Assembly: GCA_019428855.1 (NCBI GenBank)
Contig: JAHYJV010000003.1
Coordinates: forward strand, 1 to 32,000
Direction: 5' to 3'
From: Patescibacteria group bacterium
GTDB lineage: Bacteria > Patescibacteriota > Minisyncoccia > JAHIHE01 > JAGLIN01
Length of the DNA stretch: 32,000 nucleotides
Made by a program: the position numbers and the translations under genes. Every line of letters starts with the position of its first letter. Positions within the stretch are counted from its first letter, which is position 1. Under the pieces are notes generated by a model, which had not been told where the DNA came from, did not search any database, and saw only the letters and a program-made list of their open reading frames with translations. Below, piece by piece: positions 25,077 through 32,000 of this stretch.

Positions 25077-26357
25077 CTATAATTCTTCATAGTCACGCAT
25101 TGTCAGTTGAGAGTCAATTTGACGAATAGCTTCTAGGACAACTCCAACAACAATTAAAACAGAAGCACCGCCGATAGCCATGTTTGAAACGTTAGTTACT
25201 GCCTGTCCGATAAATGGAAGAACAGCAATTAATCCTAAAAAGAAGGCTCCAATAAAGGTAATTCTTCCTAAAACCCTTGCTAAGAATTCTGCTGTATTTT
25301 TACCTGGTCTTATTCCTGGTACAAAACCACCATGCTTTTGAAGATTATCCGCCACATTATTTGGATCAAAGACAATAGAGGTGTAAAAATAGGTAAATAG
25401 AAACACAAGAACAAAATACAACACACCATAGATTAGATTGCCCGGCTGGAGGGCATCATTAATAAAAACCGCGACACTTCTGATAGTTTCATTTGAACTG
25501 GCCACAAAAAAAGAGGCAACAATTCCCGGGAAAAGCATCATAGACATTGCAAAAATCAAGGGAATCATTCCAGCTGAATTAACCTTTAAAGGCAAGAATG
25601 TTGAGACGCCTCCGTATGTTTTGCTTCCTTTTACTCTCCTCGCATATGAAACTGGTATATTTCTTTGAGCCTCTGTTATAAAAACCACACCGACAACAAC
25701 TACAACTGCCATGATCAGTAGGCTGATTATGGCAGGTATTTTATCGGGTGATATATCGATTTCAACCAAAATTTGTTGGACGGCTCTTGGAAGTCCAGAA
25801 ACAATACCCGCAAAAATTATCAATGAAATTCCATTTCCAATTTTCTTTTCAGATATTAATTCACCAATCCACATTAAAAAAACAGTACCGGCAGCAATTA
25901 GAGAAATTGCAACAGCCATTTCAAATTTATCAATATTTCCTATAATACCTTGGCTTTTCAAGAGCGTTATCATTGCAAAACCTTGAAGAGTCGCCAAGGG
26001 TACTGTTAAATATCTTGTATATTGATTGAATTTTTGTCTTCCAGCTTCACCTGATTCTTGGTATAATTCTTTGACCTGAGGAAAAATCATGGTCAAAAGT
26101 TGCATGATAATAGAGGCTGTTATATAGGGACCAATACCAAGCATAACTAGAGAAAAGTTTTCCATACCACCACCGGTAAAAGCACTTAATAGCCCGAGCA
26201 ATTGATTAGAGTTAAAAAAATCACTTAATTTTTGTGGATCTACAATTGGAATTGGAATATGAGCTGCAATTCTGAAAATTATAAGCATTACAGCAACATA
26301 GATTATTTTAGCTCTTAATTCTTTGTCTTTAAAAACTCTAATCAGTTTTTTTAACAT
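25077..26357 (-). CDS. secY: Preprotein translocase subunit SecY
   Basis: 426 aa with ten hydrophobic spans, typical SecY motifs (GIGPYITASIIMQLL, GTVFLMWIGE) and the expected position after rplO. Confidence 0.95.
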   Translation of the reverse strand: MLKKLIRVFKDKELRAKIIYVAVMLIIFRIAAHIPIPIVDPQKLSDFFNSNQLLGLLSAFTGGGMENFSLVMLGIGPYITASIIMQLLTMIFPQVKELYQESGEAGRQKFNQYTRYLTVPLATLQGFAMITLLKSQGIIGNIDKFEMAVAISLIAAGTVFLMWIGELISEKKIGNGISLIIFAGIVSGLPRAVQQILVEIDISPDKIPAIISLLIMAVVVVVGVVFITEAQRNIPVSYARRVKGSKTYGGVSTFLPLKVNSAGMIPLIFAMSMMLFPGIVASFFVASSNETIRSVAVFINDALQPGNLIYGVLYFVLVFLFTYFYTSIVFDPNNVADNLQKHGGFVPGIRPGKNTAEFLARVLGRITFIGAFFLGLIAVLPFIGQAVTNVSNMAIGGASVLIVVGVVLEAIRQIDSQLTMRDYEEL

Positions 26358-26383
26358 ATGCTTATTTTTTTATTGGCTATTTA

Positions 26384-26809
26384 TTATTTTATTGTCCCAC
26401 CAGCATTTTTTATTTTTTCTTCGGCTTTTTTTGAAACAATACATTCCTCTACGGTTATTTTTCTGGTTATTTCACCATTACCAAGAATTTTTACCTTGGG
26501 TTTAATCTTCGTAATTAAGTTCCTGCTCATTAAAATTCTGGGGCTGATAATATCACCATCGTTAAAGTTTTTTTCTAAACTAGAGATATTTACAATGTTA
26601 TTTTTAGCATATATACTCTTAAATCCCCTTAATTTAGGTGTTCTGCGCCAAAGTGGAACTTTCGTTCCTTCAAAAGCCTTTCCCTTGCCACCACCAGATC
26701 TTGCTTTCTGACCCTTTGTTCCACGCGTAGCAGTAGTGCCATGGGCACCACCTCTTCCCACTCGTTTTTTAGCTTTTTTCTTACTTGGTTTTAATTGATG
26801 TAACTGCAT
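26384..26809 (-). CDS. rplO: 50S ribosomal protein L15
   Basis: MQLHQLKPSKKKAKKRVGRGGAHGTTATRGTKGQKARSGG. Confidence 0.95.
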   Translation of the reverse strand: MQLHQLKPSKKKAKKRVGRGGAHGTTATRGTKGQKARSGGGKGKAFEGTKVPLWRRTPKLRGFKSIYAKNNIVNISSLEKNFNDGDIISPRILMSRNLITKIKPKVKILGNGEITRKITVEECIVSKKAEEKIKNAGGTIK

Positions 26810-26856
26810 AAAATTAACTGCTAGTATATAATGAATGAATAAAATAATTTATTTTT

Positions 26857-27546
26857 TTATATCAGCTTTTTCTTGATTTTTGTAGTATTATCTTTCTTGG
26901 TGTCATCTTTTACCGCTTTTTTTTCGGTGACGCTTTTTACTTTTTCTGTTTCAGATTTAAAATCTTTTGTTTGATCCACCCCTTCTCTCTTTTCGTCCTT
27001 TGGCTTATCTTTTCTCTCATTTTTTATTATCTCTTCCCTTGTTTTTTTGACTGAAAATTGTTTCAAGGCTTCAATTGTTGCCCGAGCATTATTAAGTTTA
27101 CTTTTCGCACCAAGCATTTTTCCAGAGATATCACTAATACCAGCCAAACTGATTACGGTTCTGACAGCTCCACCAGCTACAACTCCATTACCTTTTGCGG
27201 CTGGTTTTAGAATTATCTGTGAACTTCCAAGTTTTTGATCAACCCTATAAGGGATTGTATTGCCAGTAAAGTTTAGCTTTATCATATTTTTTTTAGCATC
27301 TGCATAGGACTTTTCTGTTGAAGATTTCATGTCTGGTCCTTTCGATACTCCGACTCCTACTTTTCCTTTTCGGTCACCAATCACAACTACTGTCCGGAAA
27401 CTAAATCTTTTACCACCTTTTACAACACGTGTAACACGTGCAATATCAATAACCTTCTGATCAAATTCAGGTTTTTCCTTTTTTTTCCCTTGAAATGGTT
27501 TTTTCTTAAAGGTATTCTTTGAGCTAAAATCTTCTTTTTTATCCAT
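26857..27546 (-). CDS. rpsE: 30S ribosomal protein S5 with basic N-terminal and long Lys/Glu/Asp-rich C-terminal extensions
   Basis: Core ARVTRVVKGGKRFSFRTVVVIGDRKGKVGVGVSKG...AGGAVRTVISLAGI. It is flanked by an N-terminal extension of about 30 aa and a C-terminal low-complexity tail of about 65 aa (KKTREEIIKNERKDKPKDEKREG...KKKLI). Confidence 0.93.
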   Translation of the reverse strand: MDKKEDFSSKNTFKKKPFQGKKKEKPEFDQKVIDIARVTRVVKGGKRFSFRTVVVIGDRKGKVGVGVSKGPDMKSSTEKSYADAKKNMIKLNFTGNTIPYRVDQKLGSSQIILKPAAKGNGVVAGGAVRTVISLAGISDISGKMLGAKSKLNNARATIEALKQFSVKKTREEIIKNERKDKPKDEKREGVDQTKDFKSETEKVKSVTEKKAVKDDTKKDNTTKIKKKLI

Positions 27547-27585
27547 GATAATTTAAAAAAATTATAATTTAAATAAACTAAATAA

Positions 27586-27942
27586 CTAAAATATTAATCC
27601 GCCTTCTCTTGCTGACTCGGCCACTGCCTTAACTCTGCCATGGTATTTATATCTTCCCCGGTCAAACACGACCTTGGTTATTTTTTTCTCTTGTGCTTTT
27701 TTGGCAATTAACTTTCCCATTTGCTTCCCAACATCAGTCTTGTTGAGTGGCTTATCTAATTCCTTTACATTAACACTTGCCAACGTTTTGCCAGTTTCAT
27801 CATTGATGATTTGAACAAACATTTCTTTATTACTTCTAAAGACACTCAAACGAGGGACTTTAGAAGTTCCAGATATTTTTGAACGTACCCTAGAGTGAAT
27901 TCGTAATCTAACTTCATTCTTTAATATTTCCTTATTTTTCAT
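27586..27942 (-). CDS. rplR: 50S ribosomal protein L18
   Basis: [45 protein letters not shown]...[24 protein letters not shown]. Confidence 0.95.
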   Translation of the reverse strand: MKNKEILKNEVRLRIHSRVRSKISGTSKVPRLSVFRSNKEMFVQIINDETGKTLASVNVKELDKPLNKTDVGKQMGKLIAKKAQEKKITKVVFDRGRYKYHGRVKAVAESAREGGLIF

Positions 27943-27969
27943 ATACCACTATTATATAATTTAATTTAA

Positions 27970-28515
27970 CTATTTGTCCGATCCGGCAACTTTTTTACCA
28001 ACCTTTCTTCTAACTTGTTCTCCTACATATCGAACACCTTTTCCTTTATAAGGTTCAGGTTTTTTCTTGCTACGGATTTCAGCTGCAATCTGTCCTACTT
28101 TTTGCTTATCTATACCCGTTACGGTAATTATATTTTTTTCAATACTAAATTCAATTCCTTCGGGTGCTTGAAAAAATATAGGATGAGAAAAACCTAAAGA
28201 TAATTCAATGTCTTTTCCTTTTTGAACTACCTTATATCCCACACCCTGCAATTCCAATTTCTTTTCATACCCCCGAGATACACCTTCAACCATGTTAGCA
28301 ATTAATGCCCTGGAAAGACCCCACAGTTCACTAGTTTTTTTTGTCTCTTTTTTTACTGTCAATATAACATTTCCATCTTTAATTTCTATATTTATCCTGT
28401 GGTCAAAACTGCTAGACAATTCTCCCTTAGGTCCTTTTGCTGTAATATTATTTTCATCATTAGTTATGACAACTCCAGATGGTATCTCAATTGGTTTTTT
28501 TCCTATTTTACTCAT
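27970..28515 (-). CDS. rplF: 50S ribosomal protein L6
   Basis: MSKIGKKPIEIPSGV...LELQGVGYKV...KPEPYKGKGVRY. Confidence 0.95.
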   Translation of the reverse strand: MSKIGKKPIEIPSGVVITNDENNITAKGPKGELSSSFDHRINIEIKDGNVILTVKKETKKTSELWGLSRALIANMVEGVSRGYEKKLELQGVGYKVVQKGKDIELSLGFSHPIFFQAPEGIEFSIEKNIITVTGIDKQKVGQIAAEIRSKKKPEPYKGKGVRYVGEQVRRKVGKKVAGSDK

Positions 28516-28551
28516 AAGGCTTATATTATATTAAATCCTATTAATTTCAAA

Positions 28552-28947
28552 TTACCAAACTTCAAAAACAATTTCACCGCCAAGCCCTTCTTTTTTGGCC
28601 TGGACATTCGTCATTACTCCCTTAGATGTTGAAATTACAGAAATTCCATAACCACTTAATACTTTTTTAACATCTGTTTTACCTAAATACTTCCTTTGTC
28701 CGGGTTTACTAATTCTCTTTATTCCTTTGATTGCATATTGATCTCCATCTTTTCTTAAAACAATTTCAATTGTTACTTTCACACCCTTCTTATGCTGAAT
28801 AACATCTTGAATATAGCCCTCTTTTTTTAAAATTTTAGCTAAGGCCAACTTAAACTTCGAAGAAGGCATCTGTAATAGTGCATGATTGGCTCTTTGAGCG
28901 TTTCTAATTCTTGTTAGCATATCCGCTATTGGATCTGTTATTGTCAT
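28552..28947 (-). CDS. rpsH: 30S ribosomal protein S8
   Basis: TDPIADMLTRIRNAQRANH ... GGEIVFEVW. Confidence 0.95.
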   Translation of the reverse strand: MTITDPIADMLTRIRNAQRANHALLQMPSSKFKLALAKILKKEGYIQDVIQHKKGVKVTIEIVLRKDGDQYAIKGIKRISKPGQRKYLGKTDVKKVLSGYGISVISTSKGVMTNVQAKKEGLGGEIVFEVW

Positions 28948-28997
28948 AATTGAAATTTTAACTTTAAATAGTAAACAAATAGATTAAAATAATTTTC

Positions 28998-29183
28998 CTA
29001 CCAACTACTTTTTTTCAAACCTGGAATCTCACCTGAACTGGCCAGCTCTCTAACACAAATTCTGCACATATCAAACTTCCTCATGTATCCATGTTTTCTA
29101 CCACATTTCCAACATCTCCGCACAAGACGTGTTGAAAACTTTGGTTTTTTTAGTGCTTTTACGATTAATGCGAGTCTTGCCAT
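28998..29183 (-). CDS. rpsN: 30S ribosomal protein S14, type Z (zinc-binding, 61 aa)
   Basis: 61 aa with [20 protein letters not shown] (CxxC...CxxC), between rplE and rpsH. Confidence 0.93.
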   Translation of the reverse strand: MARLALIVKALKKPKFSTRLVRRCWKCGRKHGYMRKFDMCRICVRELASSGEIPGLKKSSW

Positions 29184-29220
29184 AGTTATATATTAAAATT
29201 GAATTAATTTACAGATAAAA

Positions 29221-29778
29221 TTATTTTTTAGTATCAGTAATCGGAAGACCTAGACTTTTTAATAATTTATATGCCTCTTGGTCTGTTTTGGCAGTTGTTG
29301 TTAGATTTGCTTCTAATCCGAATATAATCTTTATGTCATCCTTATTAATTTCTGGAAATATTAAATTTTCTTTTATACCAATATTGAAATTTCCGTGTTT
29401 GTCAAAAGACTTTTTACTAAGACCTCTGAAATCTCTCACTTGAGGTAGCGCAATATTTACCATTCTATCAAGAAATTCATACATTCTGGCTCCTCTCAAA
29501 GTAACTCGTACTCCTACTGGCATACCAATTCTCGTCTTAAAGTTTGAGATAGCTTTCTTTGCTTCAGATACAACTGGCTTTTGTCCAACAATATTCTCAA
29601 CTTCTTTTATAACTCTATTTAAGTTATCCTTATTATCTCTCACAATTCTCCCAACTCCAACATTAACAACGATTTTATCGAGCTTTGGAACTGACATAAT
29701 GCTTTTGTATCCAAACTCTTTCATCATTTCTGGTACAATTTCATTAATATATTTTTCTTTTAGTCTTACTTTATACAT
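29221..29778 (-). CDS. rplE: 50S ribosomal protein L5
   Basis: LKEKYINEIVPEMMKEFGYKSIMSVPKLDKIVVNVGVG ... FRGLS..SFDKHGNFNIGIKE. Confidence 0.95.
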   Translation of the reverse strand: MYKVRLKEKYINEIVPEMMKEFGYKSIMSVPKLDKIVVNVGVGRIVRDNKDNLNRVIKEVENIVGQKPVVSEAKKAISNFKTRIGMPVGVRVTLRGARMYEFLDRMVNIALPQVRDFRGLSKKSFDKHGNFNIGIKENLIFPEINKDDIKIIFGLEANLTTTAKTDQEAYKLLKSLGLPITDTKK

Positions 29779-29799
29779 ATATTCTTCAATTTATTTAGA

Positions 29800-30126
29800 T
29801 TACTTTTTAACTTGAATTGCAATATCTTGCTTACATTTTTTACAAATTCTATGTTTTTCACCATTTTCTAATACGAGATATCCGATTCTAGTTTCTTTGT
29901 TACATTTTGGACAAATCAAAATCGCATTTGAAGCATTAATCGGAGAAGCTGTAGTCACTGTTTGTCCTTGTTCTCCCTGCTTCTTTGATTTTACATGCTT
30001 TTTTACAAGATTGACACCATCGACAATAATTCTATTATTAGCTGAGATTATCTTCGTAACCTCCCCTTTTTTATTCTTGTCTTTTCCGGCAATTATTTTT
30101 ACTTTGTCGTCACTTTTAATTTTCAT
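29800..30126 (-). CDS. rplX: 50S ribosomal protein L24 (KOW domain plus Cys4 zinc-ribbon-like insert)
   Basis: KIKSDDKVKIIAGKDKNKKGEVTKI (KOW), then CPKCNKETRIGYLVLENGEKHRICKKCKQ. Confidence 0.93.
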   Translation of the reverse strand: MKIKSDDKVKIIAGKDKNKKGEVTKIISANNRIIVDGVNLVKKHVKSKKQGEQGQTVTTASPINASNAILICPKCNKETRIGYLVLENGEKHRICKKCKQDIAIQVKK

Positions 30127-30142
30127 ATATATTTATCATAAT

Positions 30143-30514
30143 TTATAATACTTCTGGAGCCAGTGAAACTATTTTCATAAAACCCTTATTTCTTAATTCT
30201 CTTGCTATTGGTCCAAAAACTCTCGTAGCCTTTGGAGTAACTTTGTCCTTATCCACCACCACAACTGCATTGTCATCAAATCTTATATATGAACCATCTT
30301 TTCTTCTATAATCTTTTTTCTGTCTTACAATTACAACTTTAATAACCTCTCCTTTTTTTACCTGTCCTCTTGGTTCAGCCACTTTTACAGAAGCAACAAT
30401 AACATCTCCGATATAAGCATATCTTTTTTTTGAACCACCAAGAACTTTAATACACTTTACCAATTTTGCCCCTGAATTGTCTGCAACTATAAGTTTGCTT
30501 CCTTGTTGAATCAT
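30143..30514 (-). CDS. rplN: 50S ribosomal protein L14
   Basis: [40 protein letters not shown]. Confidence 0.96.
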   Translation of the reverse strand: MIQQGSKLIVADNSGAKLVKCIKVLGGSKKRYAYIGDVIVASVKVAEPRGQVKKGEVIKVVIVRQKKDYRRKDGSYIRFDDNAVVVVDKDKVTPKATRVFGPIARELRNKGFMKIVSLAPEVL

Positions 30515-30539
30515 ATATATTATTTAAACTTTTAAAATT

Positions 30540-30800
30540 CTATGAGTTAATTTTTCCTGCAATCCATTTTTTGTCCTTGCTTATGGGTTTTGTTTCTTCA
30601 AGAGTAACCTTGTCTCCAATTTTAAAGATATTATCTTCATCGTGGGCTTTATATCTTTTGCTGACCTTATATTTCTTTCTATAAATTGGATGCACTTTCA
30701 AGCTCACAACTTCAACAACAATAGTTTTGTTCATCTTGTCACTCACCACAACCCCAAGCTTTGTTTTTATAGTTTTCTTGCTAATAATCTTTTTTTCCAT
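30540..30800 (-). CDS. rpsQ: 30S ribosomal protein S17
   Basis: [42 protein letters not shown]. Confidence 0.94.
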   Translation of the reverse strand: MEKKIISKKTIKTKLGVVVSDKMNKTIVVEVVSLKVHPIYRKKYKVSKRYKAHDEDNIFKIGDKVTLEETKPISKDKKWIAGKINS

Positions 30801-30811
30801 ATAATTTTATA

Positions 30812-31021
30812 TTATTTTTCGCTTTTTTTAGAATTTATTATCCTTTCCTTCAAGGTCGACTTAGCTCTCGCAATAGTAACTTTTGTTTTCTTTATATCAG
30901 AATAGTCCTTTAATTGTTTATTAGCAAGAGAAAATCGAAGCTTATTAAGCTTTTCTTTGCTTTCTTTTATCAATAACTGTAATTGATTTTCTGATTGTTC
31001 TTTTAATTCTTTAATATCCAT
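30812..31021 (-). CDS. rpmC: 50S ribosomal protein L29
   Basis: 69 aa, ELKEQSENQLQLLIKESKEKLNKLRFSLANKQLKDYSDIKKTKVTIARAKSTLKER, positioned between rplP and rpsQ. Confidence 0.92.
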   Translation of the reverse strand: MDIKELKEQSENQLQLLIKESKEKLNKLRFSLANKQLKDYSDIKKTKVTIARAKSTLKERIINSKKSEK

Positions 31022-31047
31022 ATTTTAGCTTAATTATTTTTTGAAAA

Positions 31048-31458
31048 TTAATCTTCTTTTGTCATGAATTTTGTCTTGATTGACAATTTGTGACTAGCTC
31101 TTCTAAATGCTTCTCTGGCAATTTTTTCTTCAACTCCATCCATTTCAAAAATAATTTTTCCTGGTTTCACAACTGCTGCATAATGATCGAGACTTCCTTT
31201 TCCACTACCCATGGGAACTTCTGCCGCCTTTTTTGTAATTGGTTTATCAGGAAATATTCTAATCCAAATCTTTCCACCTCTTTGAACATATCTGGTCATT
31301 GCTCTTCTGGCTGCCTCAATTTGCCGTGATGACACCCAAGAAGTACCGAGAGATTTTAGAGCGAACGAGCCAAAGGAAATTGTACTTCCTCTATAAGCTT
31401 TTCCTCTCATCCTTCCCTTCATTTGTTTTCGGTGTTTAACCTTTTTCGGCATTAACAT
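31048..31458 (-). CDS. rplP: 50S ribosomal protein L16
   Basis: [36 protein letters not shown]...[23 protein letters not shown]. Confidence 0.96.
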   Translation of the reverse strand: MLMPKKVKHRKQMKGRMRGKAYRGSTISFGSFALKSLGTSWVSSRQIEAARRAMTRYVQRGGKIWIRIFPDKPITKKAAEVPMGSGKGSLDHYAAVVKPGKIIFEMDGVEEKIAREAFRRASHKLSIKTKFMTKED

Positions 31459-31483
31459 AATTTTGAATTACAATTGATTATAT

Positions 31484-32000
31484 TTAGTTACTTTTTTCTT
31501 CAAAAATCTCTCCTTTGTTTATCCAAACCTTAACTCCGATAATTCCATAGGTAGTGTTAGCTTCATATTTTGCAAAATCGATATCTGCCCTAATTGTTTG
31601 TAATGGAATTTTACCTTCACTTAACCATTCAGTTCTTGCCATTTCTGCTCCATTTAATCTTCCGGCTACTGAAACCTTAACTCCTTTTGCTGTACTATTT
31701 CTCATTGTTTTTTCCATTTCCTGCTTTAAAACTCTTCTAAAGGGAGATCTTTTTTCAAGCTGTTCCGCAATCGATTGGGCGACAAGTCTGGCACTTAATT
31801 CAGAATTTCTAATTTCAATAATATTAACTTTTATTTCAGTTGTCTCATTTAACATTTTCTTTATTTCGTTTTTTAATTCTTCGGCTCCAGTTCCGCCTCT
31901 ACCAATTATAATTCCAGGTCTTGCTGAATAAACATTGACAACTATGCTGTTAGCAGATCTCTCAATTATTATATCTGCGACTGCCGCTTTTTTTAATTTC
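31484..32000 (-). CDS. rpsC: 30S ribosomal protein S3, 5' end beyond the window
   Basis: The frame stays open upstream of the track ATG (31855). Positions 31856..31999 read KKAAVADIIIERSANSIVVNVYSARPGIIIGRGGTGAEELKNEIKK (KH domain GxxG), continuing into the track protein. The C-terminal part is typical S3 (VSVAGRLNGAEMARTEW..EGKIPLQTIRADIDF). Confidence 0.93.
   Translation of the reverse strand, partial: KLKKAAVADIIIERSANSIVVNVYSARPGIIIGRGGTGAEELKNEIKKMLNETTEIKVNIIEIRNSELSARLVAQSIAEQLEKRSPFRRVLKQEMEKTMRNSTAKGVKVSVAGRLNGAEMARTEWLSEGKIPLQTIRADIDFAKYEANTTYGIIGVKVWINKGEIFEEKSN

Noticed and set aside
26358-26711. 117-aa plus-strand ORF (and 26323..26505) antisense to rplO and the start of secY
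   Set aside because: It lies entirely within well-supported L15/SecY coding sequence on the other strand. It is hydrophobic, low-complexity Phe/Leu/Ile-rich translation, as expected from reading an AT-rich Lys-rich gene backwards. There is no start context.
27425-27450. parS-like sequence: two CACGTG cores (TTACAACACGTGTAACACGTGCAATA), with TGTAACACGTGCAATA matching the Firmicute-type parS consensus at about 12 of 16 positions
   Set aside because: It lies inside rpsE coding sequence (it encodes the conserved ARVTRVV segment), is not a clean palindrome, and is far from parB. No convincing parS was found near parAB either.
31554-31931. 125-aa plus-strand ORF antisense to rpsC. Similar antisense ORFs occur at 31090..31329, 30642..30905, 29897..30148, 28292..28632, 28015..28197 and 27047..27238.
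   Set aside because: All are shadows of ribosomal protein genes, with no motifs and implausible composition.
1-32000. CRISPR arrays, tandem repeats, rRNA genes, reverse transcriptase / retron / DGR components and toxin-antitoxin pairs
   Set aside because: I scanned the intergenic regions and the ORF list. I saw no regularly spaced direct repeats, no rRNA-like conserved stretches, no RT motifs (YxDD) and no small paired ORFs typical of TA modules.

Overview
AT-rich, gene-dense bacterial window with very short intergenic spacers. Its content fits a reduced Candidate Phyla Radiation / Patescibacteria-type genome, which is an inference, not a proof. The reasons are an spc-type ribosomal block with no rpmD (L30) between rpsE and rplO, almost no Shine-Dalgarno motifs, and a minimal housekeeping set.

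Layout:
- 1-950: decayed mobile or foreign DNA (a transposase-like zinc-ribbon ORF and a Clp-fold protease fragment) next to tRNA-Leu(CAA).
- 1.0-7.9 kb, plus strand: parA, parB, greA, a heavily degraded ISAon1-like transposase pseudogene, gltX, and a secreted coiled-coil protein with a C39-like cysteine peptidase domain.
- About 7.85-8.2 kb: a convergent strand switch containing a 199-bp element bounded by inverted repeats.
- 8.2-32 kb, all minus strand. Genes are listed here in ascending window coordinates, which is the reverse of the transcription order:
  - a small two-TM protein gene with the only consensus SD in the window;
  - a translationally coupled trio (large membrane protein, HD phosphohydrolase, coiled-coil protein);
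  - thiI and a cysteine desulfurase;
  - an envelope glycosylation cluster: small membrane protein, GalT-like enzyme, GT2, YfhO-like protein, PIG-V-like GT-C protein and a GT39-like relic;
  - ruvX, map, an AlkD-like gene, two tandem adenylate kinases and secY;
  - rplO through rpsC, with rpsC truncated by the window edge.

No rRNA, CRISPR array or intact mobile element was seen. The best candidate for an undescribed system is the coupled membrane-protein/HD/coiled-coil cassette at 8.7-12.0 kb, but that reading rests on motifs and gene arrangement only.
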